A DNA stretch of 64,000 nt from Acidimicrobiales bacterium (GCA_965116535.1 OZ220703.1:1807353-1871352), one strand, 5' to 3'; shown: positions 9,207-20,064, counted from the first letter of the stretch. A program made the numbers and translations. The notes: generated by a model not told the origin, from the sequence alone.

Positions 9207-10478
9207 GTGGCAAAGTTCGGAGAGGGCGGAGAACTTCTCAAGTGCAGCTTCTGCGGTAAGACCCAGAAGCAGGTAAAGAAGATGATCGCCGGCCCCGGCG
9301 TCTACATCTGCGACGAGTGCATCGACCTCTGCAACGAGATCATCGAGGAGGAGCTGGCCGAAGGCGCCGACGTCGGATTCAAGGAGCTTCCCAAACCCCA
9401 GGAGATCTACTCCTTTTTGAACGACTACATCATCGGCCAAGAGCACGCCAAGCGGATCCTGTCGGTGGCGGTCTACAACCACTACAAGCGGGTACAGATG
9501 GGCTCCTCCGACCCCGAGGTGGAGCTTTCCAAGTCGAACATCTTGCTGCTCGGGCCAACCGGGTGCGGCAAGACGCTGATGGCCCAGACCCTGGCCCGGA
9601 TGCTGAACGTGCCGTTCGCCATCGCCGATGCCACCGCACTCACCGAGGCCGGCTACGTGGGCGAGGACGTGGAGAACATCCTCCTCAAGCTCATTCAGGC
9701 TGCGGACTACGACGTCAAAAAGGCAGAGACCGGCATCATCTACATCGATGAGATCGACAAGATCTCCCGCAAGAGCGAGAATCCGTCGATCACCCGGGAC
9801 GTGTCCGGCGAGGGTGTGCAGCAGGCTTTGCTGAAGATATTGGAGGGCACCACCGCGTCGGTGCCGCCCCAAGGCGGGCGCAAGCACCCCCACCAGGAGT
9901 TCATCCAGATCGACACCACCAACGTGCTGTTCATCGTGGGGGGTGCCTTCGCCGGCTTGGAGCAGATCATCGAGAACCGGGTGGGCAACGTCGGTGTTGG
10001 ATTCGGTGCCGACATCCGCTCTGAGGCGGAGCGCGATCACGGTGAGATGTTCACCCAGGTTCAGCCCGAGGATCTGATCAAGTTCGGTCTCATTCCCGAA
10101 TTCATCGGTCGCCTGCCGGTGGTCGGCGTGGTCTCCCATCTCGAGCCGGACATGCTGGTGCGTATCCTGGTTGAGCCCAAGAATGCCCTAGTGAAGCAGT
10201 ACTGCAAGTTCTTCGAGTTCGAGAATGTGGAACTGGTCCTCAGCGATGAAGCCCTGTCCGAGGTGGCCGAGTTGGCCCTCAGCCGCAATACCGGAGCCCG
10301 GGGCCTTCGGGCCATCCTGGAAGAGGTCCTGCTCGATGTCATGTACGAGCTGCCCAGCCGCGACGACGTAGTCCAGTGCGTGGTCGATGCCGAGACCGTC
10401 CGTGGCCAGGCAGAGCCCCAGCTGCTCAATGCGGCCAAAGCCCGTTCAAGCGACCGTTCCCGGCGTCAGGCCAGCTGA
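9207..10478 (+). CDS. clpX: Clp protease ATP-binding subunit ClpX
   Basis: CSFCGK...ICDECIDLC zinc finger; GPTGCGKT; IDEIDK; RKHP loop. Confidence 0.97.
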   Translation: MAKFGEGGELLKCSFCGKTQKQVKKMIAGPGVYICDECIDLCNEIIEEELAEGADVGFKELPKPQEIYSFLNDYIIGQEHAKRILSVAVYNHYKRVQMGSSDPEVELSKSNILLLGPTGCGKTLMAQTLARMLNVPFAIADATALTEAGYVGEDVENILLKLIQAADYDVKKAETGIIYIDEIDKISRKSENPSITRDVSGEGVQQALLKILEGTTASVPPQGGRKHPHQEFIQIDTTNVLFIVGGAFAGLEQIIENRVGNVGVGFGADIRSEAERDHGEMFTQVQPEDLIKFGLIPEFIGRLPVVGVVSHLEPDMLVRILVEPKNALVKQYCKFFEFENVELVLSDEALSEVAELALSRNTGARGLRAILEEVLLDVMYELPSRDDVVQCVVDAETVRGQAEPQLLNAAKARSSDRSRRQAS

Positions 10479-11796
10479 GTTTCGGAGTCTGACCGAAGCC
10501 CAGGCGTGGCTGGATGGCCACGTCAACCTGGAGGCGACGGCAGGCGACACCGACGGCTTGTCGTTGGCCCCGATGCAGGGGCTGCTGGCCGCGCTGGGTG
10601 ACCCCCAGGCCGACTATCCGGCCGTCCACATCTCCGGTACCAACGGCAAGGGATCGGTGGCCGCGCTGACAGCCGCGCTGGCCCAGGCGTGGGGGATAAC
10701 GGTCGGGGTCTATTCCAGCCCCCACGTCGAGCGCATCAATGAGCGCATGACCGTGGGCGGCGACCCCATTGGCGATGCTGAGCTGGCCGAGCTCATAGGC
10801 CATCTGCGGCTGGTGGAGGGTCATCTGGCCACCGGCCACGCCGACGCCCTGCCCTCGTGGTTCGAGCTGGTGACCGCGGCCGCTCTGCGCTGGTTCGCCG
10901 ATGTGGCAGTGGACTTGGCGGTGGTGGAGGTGGGCAAGCTGGGCCGCTACGACGCCACCAACGTGGTGAATAGCCGGGTGGCGGTCATCACCAACATTGG
11001 CCGCGACCACACCGATGGCCGCCCCGGCTGGGAGGCGGCGGTAATGGGGGAGAAGGCGGGCATCCTCCATGCTGGTGCCACCGCGGTGTTGGGGCCCATG
11101 GACGCCGAGATGGTGGCAATTGCCGCTGAGGAGTCGCCCGGTGATCTGCTGGTTGCCGGTCAACACTTCGAGCTGGAGGAGAACCGCCCGGCGATGGGCG
11201 GTCGGCTGATCACGGTTCGCACCCCCCGAGGCCGCTACGACGACGTCTACGTCAGCTTGTTCGGGGCTCATCAGGGACACAACGCCGCTCTGGCCATTGC
11301 CGCATTCGAGGATCTGGTGGGACAAGAGCTGGACGAGCCGATCCTGGACGCTTTGGGCGATGTGGCCGTGTCGGCTCGATTCGAGGTGATAAACCGCCAG
11401 CCATTGGTGGTGATCGACGGGGCCCACAACCCTGACGGCCTCGCCGCGGCGGCGGCCACCCTGGCCGACCAGTTCACAATTTTGGGCACGGTCATATGGG
11501 TGATGGGCATGATGCGCGACAAAGACCCCGATGCCATGCTGGCCGCCATTGAGGCCTCTGGCGCCCGCTGTGATCTGGTGGTGTGCTGTGCTCCTAACTG
11601 GCCGCGGGCGCTCCCGGCCGCGGAGTTGGCCGCCGCCGTCCGCAACCGGGGGATCGACGCCGAGGTGGCCGAGGATGTGACCGAGGCGGTGGAACGGGCT
11701 CTAGTGCTGTCCGCGGAAGAGGATGCCGTGGTGGTCACCGGCTCCTTGTACTCCGCCGGCGAGGCCCGCCTTCACTTGACCTCGCGCGATCAGTAG
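10429..11796 (+). CDS. folC: folylpolyglutamate synthase / dihydrofolate synthase (start uncertain)
   Basis: [41 protein letters not shown]. Confidence 0.9.
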   Translation: MRPKPVQATVPGVRPAEFRSLTEAQAWLDGHVNLEATAGDTDGLSLAPMQGLLAALGDPQADYPAVHISGTNGKGSVAALTAALAQAWGITVGVYSSPHVERINERMTVGGDPIGDAELAELIGHLRLVEGHLATGHADALPSWFELVTAAALRWFADVAVDLAVVEVGKLGRYDATNVVNSRVAVITNIGRDHTDGRPGWEAAVMGEKAGILHAGATAVLGPMDAEMVAIAAEESPGDLLVAGQHFELEENRPAMGGRLITVRTPRGRYDDVYVSLFGAHQGHNAALAIAAFEDLVGQELDEPILDALGDVAVSARFEVINRQPLVVIDGAHNPDGLAAAAATLADQFTILGTVIWVMGMMRDKDPDAMLAAIEASGARCDLVVCCAPNWPRALPAAELAAAVRNRGIDAEVAEDVTEAVERALVLSAEEDAVVVTGSLYSAGEARLHLTSRDQ

Positions 11797-11844
11797 GGTG
11801 CAGCCGGTGATTGTTATAGCGGCACATTTGAAAGGTCTCCGCCG

Positions 11845-12252
11845 GTGAATCGGACACTGGTTTTGTGCAAGCCCGATGCGGTGGAGCGTGGTCTGGTGGG
11901 AGCCATATTGTCCCGCTTTGAAGCCCGGGGGTTGCGGATCGCGGCTATGCGCCTGCTGACCATCGACGCCGACTTGGCTGCCCGCCACTACGCCGAGCAT
12001 GTGGAGCGCCCGTTCTACCCCGATTTAGTGGCGTTCATCGGCCGCTCGCCATCGGTGGCGGTGGTGATCGAAGGGCCTGAAGACGTCTATGCCGTTGTCC
12101 GCTCGATGATGGGGGCCACCAACCCCCTGGAGTCCCCTCCGGGGACGATCCGGGGCGACTACGGCTTGGAGGTCACCGAGAACCTTGTCCACGGCTCCGA
12201 CAGCAACGCCTCCGCGGAGCGCGAGATCGCTATTTTCTTTCCAAACCTGTGA
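11845..12252 (+). CDS. ndk: nucleoside diphosphate kinase
   Basis: KPDAVERG, PGTIRGDY, NLVHGSDS. Confidence 0.96.
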   Translation: MNRTLVLCKPDAVERGLVGAILSRFEARGLRIAAMRLLTIDADLAARHYAEHVERPFYPDLVAFIGRSPSVAVVIEGPEDVYAVVRSMMGATNPLESPPGTIRGDYGLEVTENLVHGSDSNASAEREIAIFFPNL

Positions 12253-12307
12253 TGTGCGGCCTCTTGGCCGGTGTGCGGATTCGGGTTGGCTGCTCTAACC
12301 TTGCCCC

Positions 12308-13351
12308 ATGGTGAAGCGGCGGTTCTCTTCCAGCAGCGGATTGGTGGGCCGCGATGTCGCGATCGACCTAGGCACCGCCAACACGCTGGTATATGTCCGC
12401 GGCGAGGGCATCCTCATCAACGAGCCCTCTGTAGTGGCGGTAACCAGCGATGGCATACCCGTGGCTGTGGGTACTGAGGCCAAGCGGATGCTGGGCCGTA
12501 CGCCAGCCCATATCCAGGCTATCCGTCCGCTCAAAGACGGAGTGATCGCCAATTTCGACATCTGCGAGAAAATGCTGCGGTACTTCATCCAGCGAGTGTC
12601 TCCGGGACGATTGACACGACCCCGCATGGTGATCTGCGTTCCCTCCGGCATTACCCCTGTGGAGCAGCGGGCCGTGCAGGAGGCAGCGGTCTCCGCCGGG
12701 GCCAAGAAGCCGGTCTACATCATCGAGGAGCCCATGGCCGCGGCCATTGGCGCCGGTCTCCCGGTTCAAGAGGCCTCGGGCAACATGATTGTGGACATCG
12801 GCGGTGGCACTACCGAGGTAGCCATGATCTCCCTGGGTGGGGTGGTCACTGGCCAGTCAATCCGCATGGGCGGCGATCGGATGGATGAGGACATCGTTGC
12901 CTTCTTGAAGAAGGAGCACAGCCTCACCATCGGCAACCGCACGGCTGAAGAGGTCAAGATGGTGTTGGGCTCGGCGTGGGCGGGCAGCGAGGAACGATAT
13001 GCGGAGGTCCGGGGGCAGGACATGGTCACCGGCTTGCCCAAGACCGTGGTCACCTCCACCTCCGAGATCCGCGAGGCCGTGTCCGAGGTGGTCCGGTCGA
13101 TTGTGGATGCGGTGAAAGTGACGCTCGACGAGACTCCCCCCGAGCTGGCCGCTGACATCATGGAGGCGGGCATCGTGCTAGCTGGCGGCGGAGCCCTATT
13201 GAACGGCCTCGCCCCTCGCATCGAGGAAGAGACGGGGATGCCGATCCGGTTGGCGCCCAATCCCCTCCACGCCGTGGCCATTGGCTCGGGCCAGTCGTTG
13301 GAGGAGTTTGACGCGCTCGAAGGGCTCCTCTTCTCGTCGTCGTACGACTGA
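12308..13351 (+). CDS. mreB: rod shape-determining protein MreB
   Basis: AIDLGTANT, EEPMAAAIGAG, VDIGGGTTE, GGGALL. Confidence 0.96.
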   Translation: MVKRRFSSSSGLVGRDVAIDLGTANTLVYVRGEGILINEPSVVAVTSDGIPVAVGTEAKRMLGRTPAHIQAIRPLKDGVIANFDICEKMLRYFIQRVSPGRLTRPRMVICVPSGITPVEQRAVQEAAVSAGAKKPVYIIEEPMAAAIGAGLPVQEASGNMIVDIGGGTTEVAMISLGGVVTGQSIRMGGDRMDEDIVAFLKKEHSLTIGNRTAEEVKMVLGSAWAGSEERYAEVRGQDMVTGLPKTVVTSTSEIREAVSEVVRSIVDAVKVTLDETPPELAADIMEAGIVLAGGGALLNGLAPRIEEETGMPIRLAPNPLHAVAIGSGQSLEEFDALEGLLFSSSYD

Positions 13352-13368
13352 ACGCTCGGTTCGGTCCC

Positions 13369-14217
13369 GTGGCAACGGGCACTCGCACAGGACGGTCGCG
13401 AGTCACCCTGATCTTCTTGCTGCTCAGTTCCGCGACCTTGCTCACCTTGGACGCCCGCGATTTTGAGCCTCTCCAGCGCACCGAGGAAACCCTCTCCGAT
13501 CTGATCTCCCCGTTGCGTTCGGGGGCGGATCGACTATTCGAACCGGTCGGCGACGCCTGGACCGGAGTCACCGGGTACGACGAGTTGGAATCCGAGAACG
13601 AGCAGCTGCGACAAGAACTGCAAAAGCTCGAAGGACAGCAGATTCTGGACTCCGACGCGGCCATCCGCCTGGAATCGCTGCTTGATGTGCTGGGCCTGCC
13701 TTATGTGCAGGACATCCCCAACACCGTGGCCGAGGTGGTGACCGCCAATGTGGGCAACTTCGACCGCTATTCAGTACAGATCAACCGGGGTTCTGAAGAC
13801 GGGGTCCGCAACGGGATGCCCGTGGTCACCAGGGGTGGGCTCATCGGCCGGATCGACGGCGACCCCGGTCGTCGGCACTCCCAGGTGGCACTGATCACCG
13901 ACCCCGATTTCGAAGTGGGCGTGCTGGTGGTGGGCTCCGACGATGTCGCGCTGGCCTCGGGCGGCGGCCACGGCGAGCCGTTGGTGGTGAGCAGGGGACT
14001 GGAAATCGACACCGAAGTAGCCGTCGGCGACGAGGTGGTCACCAGCGGCGTGGACCGCAGCCGCTACCCCGCCGGTATTCCCATCGGCACCGTCACTCAG
14101 ATCGACTACGACGAAGCCCGTCTGTTCCAGATACTCACCGTTAGCCCCTCGGCCAGCACCGACAACCTGAGCTTTGTGACCATCCTGCTCTACGACCCCC
14201 TGGCAGAAGACTCATGA
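13369..14217 (+). CDS. mreC: rod shape-determining protein MreC
   Basis: N-terminal TM, coiled coil, INRGSEDGVRNGMPV, YPAGIPIG; synteny. Confidence 0.92.
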   Translation: MATGTRTGRSRVTLIFLLLSSATLLTLDARDFEPLQRTEETLSDLISPLRSGADRLFEPVGDAWTGVTGYDELESENEQLRQELQKLEGQQILDSDAAIRLESLLDVLGLPYVQDIPNTVAEVVTANVGNFDRYSVQINRGSEDGVRNGMPVVTRGGLIGRIDGDPGRRHSQVALITDPDFEVGVLVVGSDDVALASGGGHGEPLVVSRGLEIDTEVAVGDEVVTSGVDRSRYPAGIPIGTVTQIDYDEARLFQILTVSPSASTDNLSFVTILLYDPLAEDS

Positions 14218-14282
14218 CGAGGGCAGCCGTGGTGGCACATGCAGGAGAAATTCTCTACGACTCCTTGGGGCGACAAGCATGA
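14214..14282 (+). CDS. 22-aa junction mini-ORF MTRAAVVAHAGEILYDSLGRQA
   Basis: ATG overlaps the mreC stop (ATGA); its TGA overlaps the mreD ATG (ATGA); 3' end is a degenerate copy of the mreC 3' end. Confidence 0.5.
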   Translation: MTRAAVVAHAGEILYDSLGRQA

Positions 14283-14785
14283 GCATGTTCAGCGCGTACG
14301 CCCGCAGCACCCTGTTCTTGATCACTGCGCTGGTGCTTCATCTGGCGTTGTTCTCCGATCTGCGGGTGCTTGGGGTCGCCCCCGAGGTTCCCCTGGCCAT
14401 AGCAGTCACTGCCGGCCTCGTGGGCGGACCCGAGCGGGGGGCGATCGCCGGGTTCATCATCGGCCTGGGCATCGATCTGTACCTGCCCACGCTGTTCGGC
14501 CTCTCCGCGCTCATCTACACGGTGTGGGGATATGCCGTAGGCCTGCTGGAAGAGCGGATCTTTCGCAGCGCCTGGTGGATAAACGTTCTGGTCGCCGCGG
14601 TTGCCACCGCTGGAGGGCTGCTGGTGTACGCCGTGCTGGGTGAACTGCTGGGCGAGGCCAACCTCTACACCGACCGTCTGTACGTGGTCATGGGGGTGGC
14701 TGCGGCCTACAACTTGGTGCTAAGCCTGCCCCTTCTGAGCTTGTGGCGCTGGTCTTGGCCCAGACTGCTGGGAGAGGAGCGGTGA
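14279..14785 (+). CDS. mreD: rod shape-determining protein MreD
   Basis: hydrophobic 168 aa; GVAPEV..GPERGAIAGF..GLGIDL; synteny. Confidence 0.9.
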   Translation: MSMFSAYARSTLFLITALVLHLALFSDLRVLGVAPEVPLAIAVTAGLVGGPERGAIAGFIIGLGIDLYLPTLFGLSALIYTVWGYAVGLLEERIFRSAWWINVLVAAVATAGGLLVYAVLGELLGEANLYTDRLYVVMGVAAAYNLVLSLPLLSLWRWSWPRLLGEER

Positions 14786-14847
14786 GCCCCGAGTCGCTTC
14801 GCCTGGTGGCTGCTTCGAAGCGTTCCGGATCGGGAGACGAGCGGTGA
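14782..14847 (+). CDS. 21-aa junction mini-ORF MSPESLRLVAASKRSGSGDER
   Basis: GTG overlaps the mreD stop (GTGA); TGA overlaps the mrdA GTG (GTGA); made by a 29-bp perfect direct repeat at 14777-14805 / 14839-14867. Confidence 0.5.
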   Translation: MSPESLRLVAASKRSGSGDER

Positions 14848-16874
14848 GCCCCGAGTCGCTTCGCCTGAGGCTCAGCTTCCTGGCCTTGTTGGCCTTGTTG
14901 GCTTTCGGCGCGCTGGTGGCTCGCCTGTGGTTCCTCCAGGTGTTGAGCTCAGAGGAGTTCGAAAACCAGGCTGCTGCCAACACAGTCCGAGTGCTCTATG
15001 AGCCGGCTCCCCGGGGGCGCATCTTCGACCGCAGCGGCAATGTGCTGGTGGACAACCGGGAGTCGTTGGTGGTGACCGTGGACCGCTTCACCTTCGACAC
15101 CGAGTTCGACGAAGACGGGCAAGAAGCGCTGGTCCTGCGCCTGGCCACCGAAATCAGCCGGGCCGGCCGACTCACCAAGGTGTTCGAGATCAACGACGCG
15201 TTGTCTGATTCCCGGTTTGGCCCGCTCGATTCGGTTCCCGTGGCCGACGACGTCACCGAGAACTTCGAGATCATCCTGGCTGAGAGGGCCGATGAATTCC
15301 CCGGCGTGAGCACCAATCTCCGCAGTGTCCGCACCTATCCCTATGGTGACTTGGGTGCCCACATACTGGGTTATGTCTCCCTGCTCAGCGAAGAGCAGTA
15401 CGAGCTAGTGGCCGATAGTCCCAAGACCTACCGGCGCAACGACGAGATCGGCCAGACCGGGATTGAGGCATCTTTTGAGTCGGTGCTGAGGGGCGTTCCC
15501 GGCTTCACTCGCCTGGAAGTGGACAACGTCGGTGATCCGGTGCGGGTCATCGAGCAGGTCGACCCGGTTGCCGGTGCCGACGTACACCTCACCTTGGACA
15601 TCGACATCCAGGCGATGGCTGAGAAAGAGCTCTTGGCCGGGTTGGCCGAGGCCCGCCAGCAAGAACAGGACGACCCCGAAGACCTCCCGTTCAAGGCTCC
15701 CGGCGGTGCCATGGTGGTGCTCGACCCCAATGGAGCGGAAGTGCTGGCGATGGCGTCGTTCCCCACGTACTCACCGAGCGAGTTCGTCAGCGGTTTCTCC
15801 GACGACCGGTGGGCAGAGCTTCAGGATCCCAACAACCACCAGCCGCTGCACAACCGGGCTCTGGCCGGCATCTACCCTCCGGGCTCCACTTTCAAGCTGT
15901 TCACTGCCTATGCCGCGCTGAACAGCGGCGTGATCGGCCCCCGGGGAGTGCTGGACACCCGCACCCTCTACGAGGATGCCGGGGTCTACGTGGTGCCGTC
16001 CTGCGAGGAAGATGTGATCGCCTCGTGTACGTTCAAGAACGCGGAAGAGGCCATCTATGGGCCGGTCGATCTGCCCCGGGCCATCACCGTGTCGTCCGAC
16101 GTGTACTTCTACTACTTGGGCGACACGATGGACCGGGCCGACCGCTTCGATCGGGAGGGCATCCAGCGGGCTGCGGTGCTGTTCGGCTTCGGCGCTCAGT
16201 CGGGCATCGCTCTGCCCGGCGAGGGGGTGGGCCGGGTGCCTTCCCCGTCGGCGGCCGAGGCCGCAGGAGAGCCCTGGCGAACCGGTGACTCCATCGTCTT
16301 GGCCATCGGCCAGGGCGTGCTGGGCGCCACTCCATTGCAGCTGGCCAACGGCTACGCCGCGTTCGCCAACGGGGGCACGCTGTACGCCCCCAAGATGGTG
16401 GACCGAATTGAGAACCCGGTTACCGGAGAGGTGGTGCAGGCCTTCGCCGACCGCGTGCTCAACCAGGTTTACCTGCCCGATTCCATCCGGACGCCGATCC
16501 TCCAAGGCTTGCTCGGAGTGACCAGCGAGTTGGAAGGCACCGCCTTTTTTGCATTCGCTGGATTCCCCCACGAGGAGTGGGCAGTGGCGGGCAAGACCGG
16601 CACTGCCGAAGTGGTGGGCAAGGCCGACAACTCGCTGTTCGCCGCCTTTGGTCCCAATCCCAATCCCGAGTACGTCGTTGTGGCAATCATGGAGGAGTCG
16701 GGCTTCGGGGCGTCGGTGGCCGCGCCCGCAGTGCGGCGGGTGCTGGAACCCCTTGCCACCGACTCGGTGCCCGCAGTGCGGACCATCGATGATCTTGCCG
16801 ACCTGAGCGGTCCGGTTGAGGGTGCGGAGACCGAGGAGAATGGAGCGGGGGCCTTATCAGGAGGTCCAGCCTGA
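14844..16874 (+). CDS. mrdA: penicillin-binding protein 2
   Basis: APRGRIFDR, PPGSTFK (SxxK), SSDVYFY, KTGTAE. Confidence 0.95.
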   Translation: MSPESLRLRLSFLALLALLAFGALVARLWFLQVLSSEEFENQAAANTVRVLYEPAPRGRIFDRSGNVLVDNRESLVVTVDRFTFDTEFDEDGQEALVLRLATEISRAGRLTKVFEINDALSDSRFGPLDSVPVADDVTENFEIILAERADEFPGVSTNLRSVRTYPYGDLGAHILGYVSLLSEEQYELVADSPKTYRRNDEIGQTGIEASFESVLRGVPGFTRLEVDNVGDPVRVIEQVDPVAGADVHLTLDIDIQAMAEKELLAGLAEARQQEQDDPEDLPFKAPGGAMVVLDPNGAEVLAMASFPTYSPSEFVSGFSDDRWAELQDPNNHQPLHNRALAGIYPPGSTFKLFTAYAALNSGVIGPRGVLDTRTLYEDAGVYVVPSCEEDVIASCTFKNAEEAIYGPVDLPRAITVSSDVYFYYLGDTMDRADRFDREGIQRAAVLFGFGAQSGIALPGEGVGRVPSPSAAEAAGEPWRTGDSIVLAIGQGVLGATPLQLANGYAAFANGGTLYAPKMVDRIENPVTGEVVQAFADRVLNQVYLPDSIRTPILQGLLGVTSELEGTAFFAFAGFPHEEWAVAGKTGTAEVVGKADNSLFAAFGPNPNPEYVVVAIMEESGFGASVAAPAVRRVLEPLATDSVPAVRTIDDLADLSGPVEGAETEENGAGALSGGPA

Positions 16875-18028
16875 TGGCGGTCATCTCCATGGAGGAGCGC
16901 CGGTCTCGAGAGCTGGACCCCCGCAGCAGCCCGTACGCGCCGTGGATGCACATCGACGTGCTCCTGATTCTGGCCGCGGCTGGATTGGCCGTCATCGGCG
17001 TGGGGGCCATCTACAGCACCACTCGGGGACGAGACCCGGAGAATTTCGACACCTTCTTCTTGGAGCGGCAATCGCTGTTCGCGGTGGCCGGCGCGCTATT
17101 CATGGTGTTCGCGGCGTGGGTCCCATATCAGGAGCTGGCAAAGTTCGCAGTGGCCATCTACGGGGTGGGCATTCTGGCGCTGATAGTGGTGCTGGGGCCG
17201 CTGGGCGAAGAAGTCAACGGCGCCCGATCTTGGTACCGATTCGGCGACTTCCAGCTTCAGCCCTCGGAGTTTCACAAGCTCGCGGTGATCGTTGCCGTGG
17301 CCGCGTTCCTATCCCGCTTCGAAGACCATATGAGCGCTCCCCGGGTGTTTTTTGCCGTGGGCATTGTCGCGTGGCCCGGCCTTCTGGTTCTGCTCCAACC
17401 CGATGTGGGGACGGCGCTTATCTACGTGTTCATCGGATTCGTGCTGTTGCTCATCGGCGGCATCCGCTTCCGCCAGGTGATCGGTATCGCGCTGATCGCC
17501 ACCACGGTGGTGGTGCTGATGGTCAACTCCAACATGCTGGAGGAATACCAGACCAACCGGCTCCGAACCTTCGTCGATCCCACCACGGGCATTACCGAGG
17601 CCGGTTTCCAACAGCGCCAGGCCCAGATCGCCATCGGCAATGGCGGTGTACAGGGAACCGGCTACGGAGAGGGCTCCCAAACGCTGAGCGGTTTGGTGCC
17701 CCAGCAGCACACCGACTTCATCTTCACCGTGATCGGCGAAGAGTTCGGCTTTGTCGGTGCAGCCACCACCCTGGGCCTCTACGCCCTGTTGCTTTTGCGG
17801 ATCCTCCAAGCCGCCCGCCTGGCCAAAGACCGGTTCGGCGCGCTGATCTGCTCCGGGGTCTTCGCCATGATTCTGTTCCAGATGTTTGAGGCAGTGGGAA
17901 TGACCCTTGGCATCACCCCCATCACCGGCATTCCCCTGCCCCTGGTTTCCTACGGCGGCTCTTCAGCCATCGCCACCCTCATCGGACTCGGCCTGGTGCT
18001 CAACGTGCGCATGCGGCGGTTTACCTGA
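16874..18028 (+). CDS. rodA: rod shape-determining protein RodA
   Basis: QPSEF, QPDVGT, HTDFIF, GEEFG, ITGIPLPLVSYGGS. Confidence 0.95.
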   Translation: MAVISMEERRSRELDPRSSPYAPWMHIDVLLILAAAGLAVIGVGAIYSTTRGRDPENFDTFFLERQSLFAVAGALFMVFAAWVPYQELAKFAVAIYGVGILALIVVLGPLGEEVNGARSWYRFGDFQLQPSEFHKLAVIVAVAAFLSRFEDHMSAPRVFFAVGIVAWPGLLVLLQPDVGTALIYVFIGFVLLLIGGIRFRQVIGIALIATTVVVLMVNSNMLEEYQTNRLRTFVDPTTGITEAGFQQRQAQIAIGNGGVQGTGYGEGSQTLSGLVPQQHTDFIFTVIGEEFGFVGAATTLGLYALLLLRILQAARLAKDRFGALICSGVFAMILFQMFEAVGMTLGITPITGIPLPLVSYGGSSAIATLIGLGLVLNVRMRRFT

Positions 18029-18114
18029 TCGAAGACAACCGAGGGGCAGGCGTGCTGCCACCGGCGGTTTGAACTGGTTCTGCCATTTTGACTGCCGAAG
18101 GTAGATTGGTGGTG

Positions 18115-20064
18115 ATGTCGCTTTGGCCAAAATTGGAGCTGGTGCTGCCTGAGGTGTCGAAACCGGCGCGCTACATCGGCGGCGAAGGCGGGATGGTGGA
18201 ACCGGAGCACCATCCGTCGAAGGTGGCGTGGCTGCTGGCCTATCCCGACACCTACGAGATCGGCCTGCCCAACCAGGGTCTTCAGATCCTCTACGAGATT
18301 CTCAACGAGCAGGACGATGCGGTGGCGGAGCGGGCCTATGCCCCCTGGGTGGACATGGAGGCCGAGATGCGGGCCGCGGGCCTGCCTCTGTTCTCGGTTG
18401 ACACCCACCGGCGGGCAGCAGACTTCGACGTGCTGGCATTCAACCTGTCGGCCGAGCTGGTGTATACCAACGTGCTCAACTGCATCGACCTGGCCGGAGT
18501 GCCGGTGCGGGCCGAGCGCCGGGCCGACGGCGACTTGCTGATCGGCGCCGGGGGGCACTGCACCTACAATCCCGAGCCGCTGGCCGACTTCGTCGATTTC
18601 TTCGTGCTGGGAGACGGTGAGGAAGCGGTGTCGGAGATCAACGCGGTGGTGCGCGATTGGAAGGCGACCAGCAAGGTGTCGCGCCACGCGGTGCTGCGGG
18701 AATTGGCCGCGGTCGAAGGGGTGTATGTGCCGTCGCTCTACGACGTGGCCTACGACGGCCCAGCCCTGGTTTCGATCACGCCCCGGTTTGCCGATGTGCC
18801 TGCGGTGGTGGAGAAGCGCACGGTGGCCGATCTGGCCGCCTGGCCATACCCCAAGAACCAGCTGGTGCCGCTCACCGAGGTGGTCCACGACCGACTGAAC
18901 GTGGAGGTGTTCCGGGGCTGCACTCGGGGGTGCCGCTTCTGCCAGGCGGGGATGATCACCCGCCCGGTGCGGGAACGGCCCGCCGAGCAAGTCCGAACCA
19001 TGGTGGCTGATGGCCTGGCCCGCTCCGGCTACGACGAAGTGGCGTTGACCTCGCTGTCCACTGCCGATTTCAGCGGGATCACCGAGGTGGTGGCGGCCAC
19101 CATGGACTGCGGCGCCGGGGAGGTGTCGGTATCGCTGCCCAGCCTGCGGGTGGACGCATTCACAGTGGGCCTGGCCGCCCAGATCCAGCGGGCCCGGCGC
19201 ACCGGTTTGACCTTCGCCCCCGAAGCCGGGTCGTGGCGGATGCGGCAGGTGATCAACAAGCTCATCGACGAGCGCGATCTATATGGAGCAGTGGAGTCGG
19301 CCTTCTCCCAGGGGTGGCGGCGTATGAAGCTGTATTTCCTCACCGGCCTTCCCACCGAGACCGACGTGGACACCCTGGCCATCGGGGAGCTGGCCCGCAA
19401 CTGCGTGGAGCTGGGCAAGTCCCACACCAAGAACCCATCGGTGACGGTGTCACTGGGCGGGTTCGTGCCCAAGCCGTTCACACCGTTTCAGTGGTTCGGC
19501 CAAAACACGGTGGCCGAGCTTCAGCGCAAGATCTTCTTGCTGCGCGACGACATCAAGCGGAACCGCGGTGTCCAGATGAAATGGCACGATCCCAAGGCCA
19601 GCTTGATTGAGGGAATTGCCAGCCGCGGCGACCGCCGCATCGGGCGGGTCATCGAAGAGGTGTGGCGACAAGGTGGCACCTTTCAGGAGTGGTCCGAGCA
19701 CTTCGACTACGACCGTTGGATGCAGGCCATGGCCCAACACGGTCTTTCGGCCGACTGGTATGTGCACCGGCACCGCACCGAAGACGAGGTCTTGCCCTGG
19801 GATCACCTGTCGGCGGGCCTGCACAAGGATTTCTTGTGGCAAGACTGGCGGGACTCCCTCAATGAGGTGGGCTTGGAAGATTGCCGATGGACCCCGTGCT
19901 ATGACTGCGGAGCCTGCACCGGCTACAGCATCGAGCACATAGTGGCCTCCGCAGTGCCGCCCGCCGGGGGCAGCCAGGGCACCGGCCAAGTCCCCACCAA
20001 CTACCAGCCCCCCACCGCAGTGGCCGTGCAGCTCTCCGGCGTGGGAACCGGTACATCGCCGTGA
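18115..20064 (+). CDS. TIGR03960-family radical SAM protein
   Basis: KPARYIGGE, YPDTYEIG, RGCTRGCRFCQAG; paired with TIGR03936 between rodA and rne. Confidence 0.9.
   Translation: MSLWPKLELVLPEVSKPARYIGGEGGMVEPEHHPSKVAWLLAYPDTYEIGLPNQGLQILYEILNEQDDAVAERAYAPWVDMEAEMRAAGLPLFSVDTHRRAADFDVLAFNLSAELVYTNVLNCIDLAGVPVRAERRADGDLLIGAGGHCTYNPEPLADFVDFFVLGDGEEAVSEINAVVRDWKATSKVSRHAVLRELAAVEGVYVPSLYDVAYDGPALVSITPRFADVPAVVEKRTVADLAAWPYPKNQLVPLTEVVHDRLNVEVFRGCTRGCRFCQAGMITRPVRERPAEQVRTMVADGLARSGYDEVALTSLSTADFSGITEVVAATMDCGAGEVSVSLPSLRVDAFTVGLAAQIQRARRTGLTFAPEAGSWRMRQVINKLIDERDLYGAVESAFSQGWRRMKLYFLTGLPTETDVDTLAIGELARNCVELGKSHTKNPSVTVSLGGFVPKPFTPFQWFGQNTVAELQRKIFLLRDDIKRNRGVQMKWHDPKASLIEGIASRGDRRIGRVIEEVWRQGGTFQEWSEHFDYDRWMQAMAQHGLSADWYVHRHRTEDEVLPWDHLSAGLHKDFLWQDWRDSLNEVGLEDCRWTPCYDCGACTGYSIEHIVASAVPPAGGSQGTGQVPTNYQPPTAVAVQLSGVGTGTSP

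Noticed and set aside
8560-10478. Single clpP and no valS between clpX and folC
   Set aside because: Ordinary synteny variation; paralogues elsewhere cannot be judged from this window.
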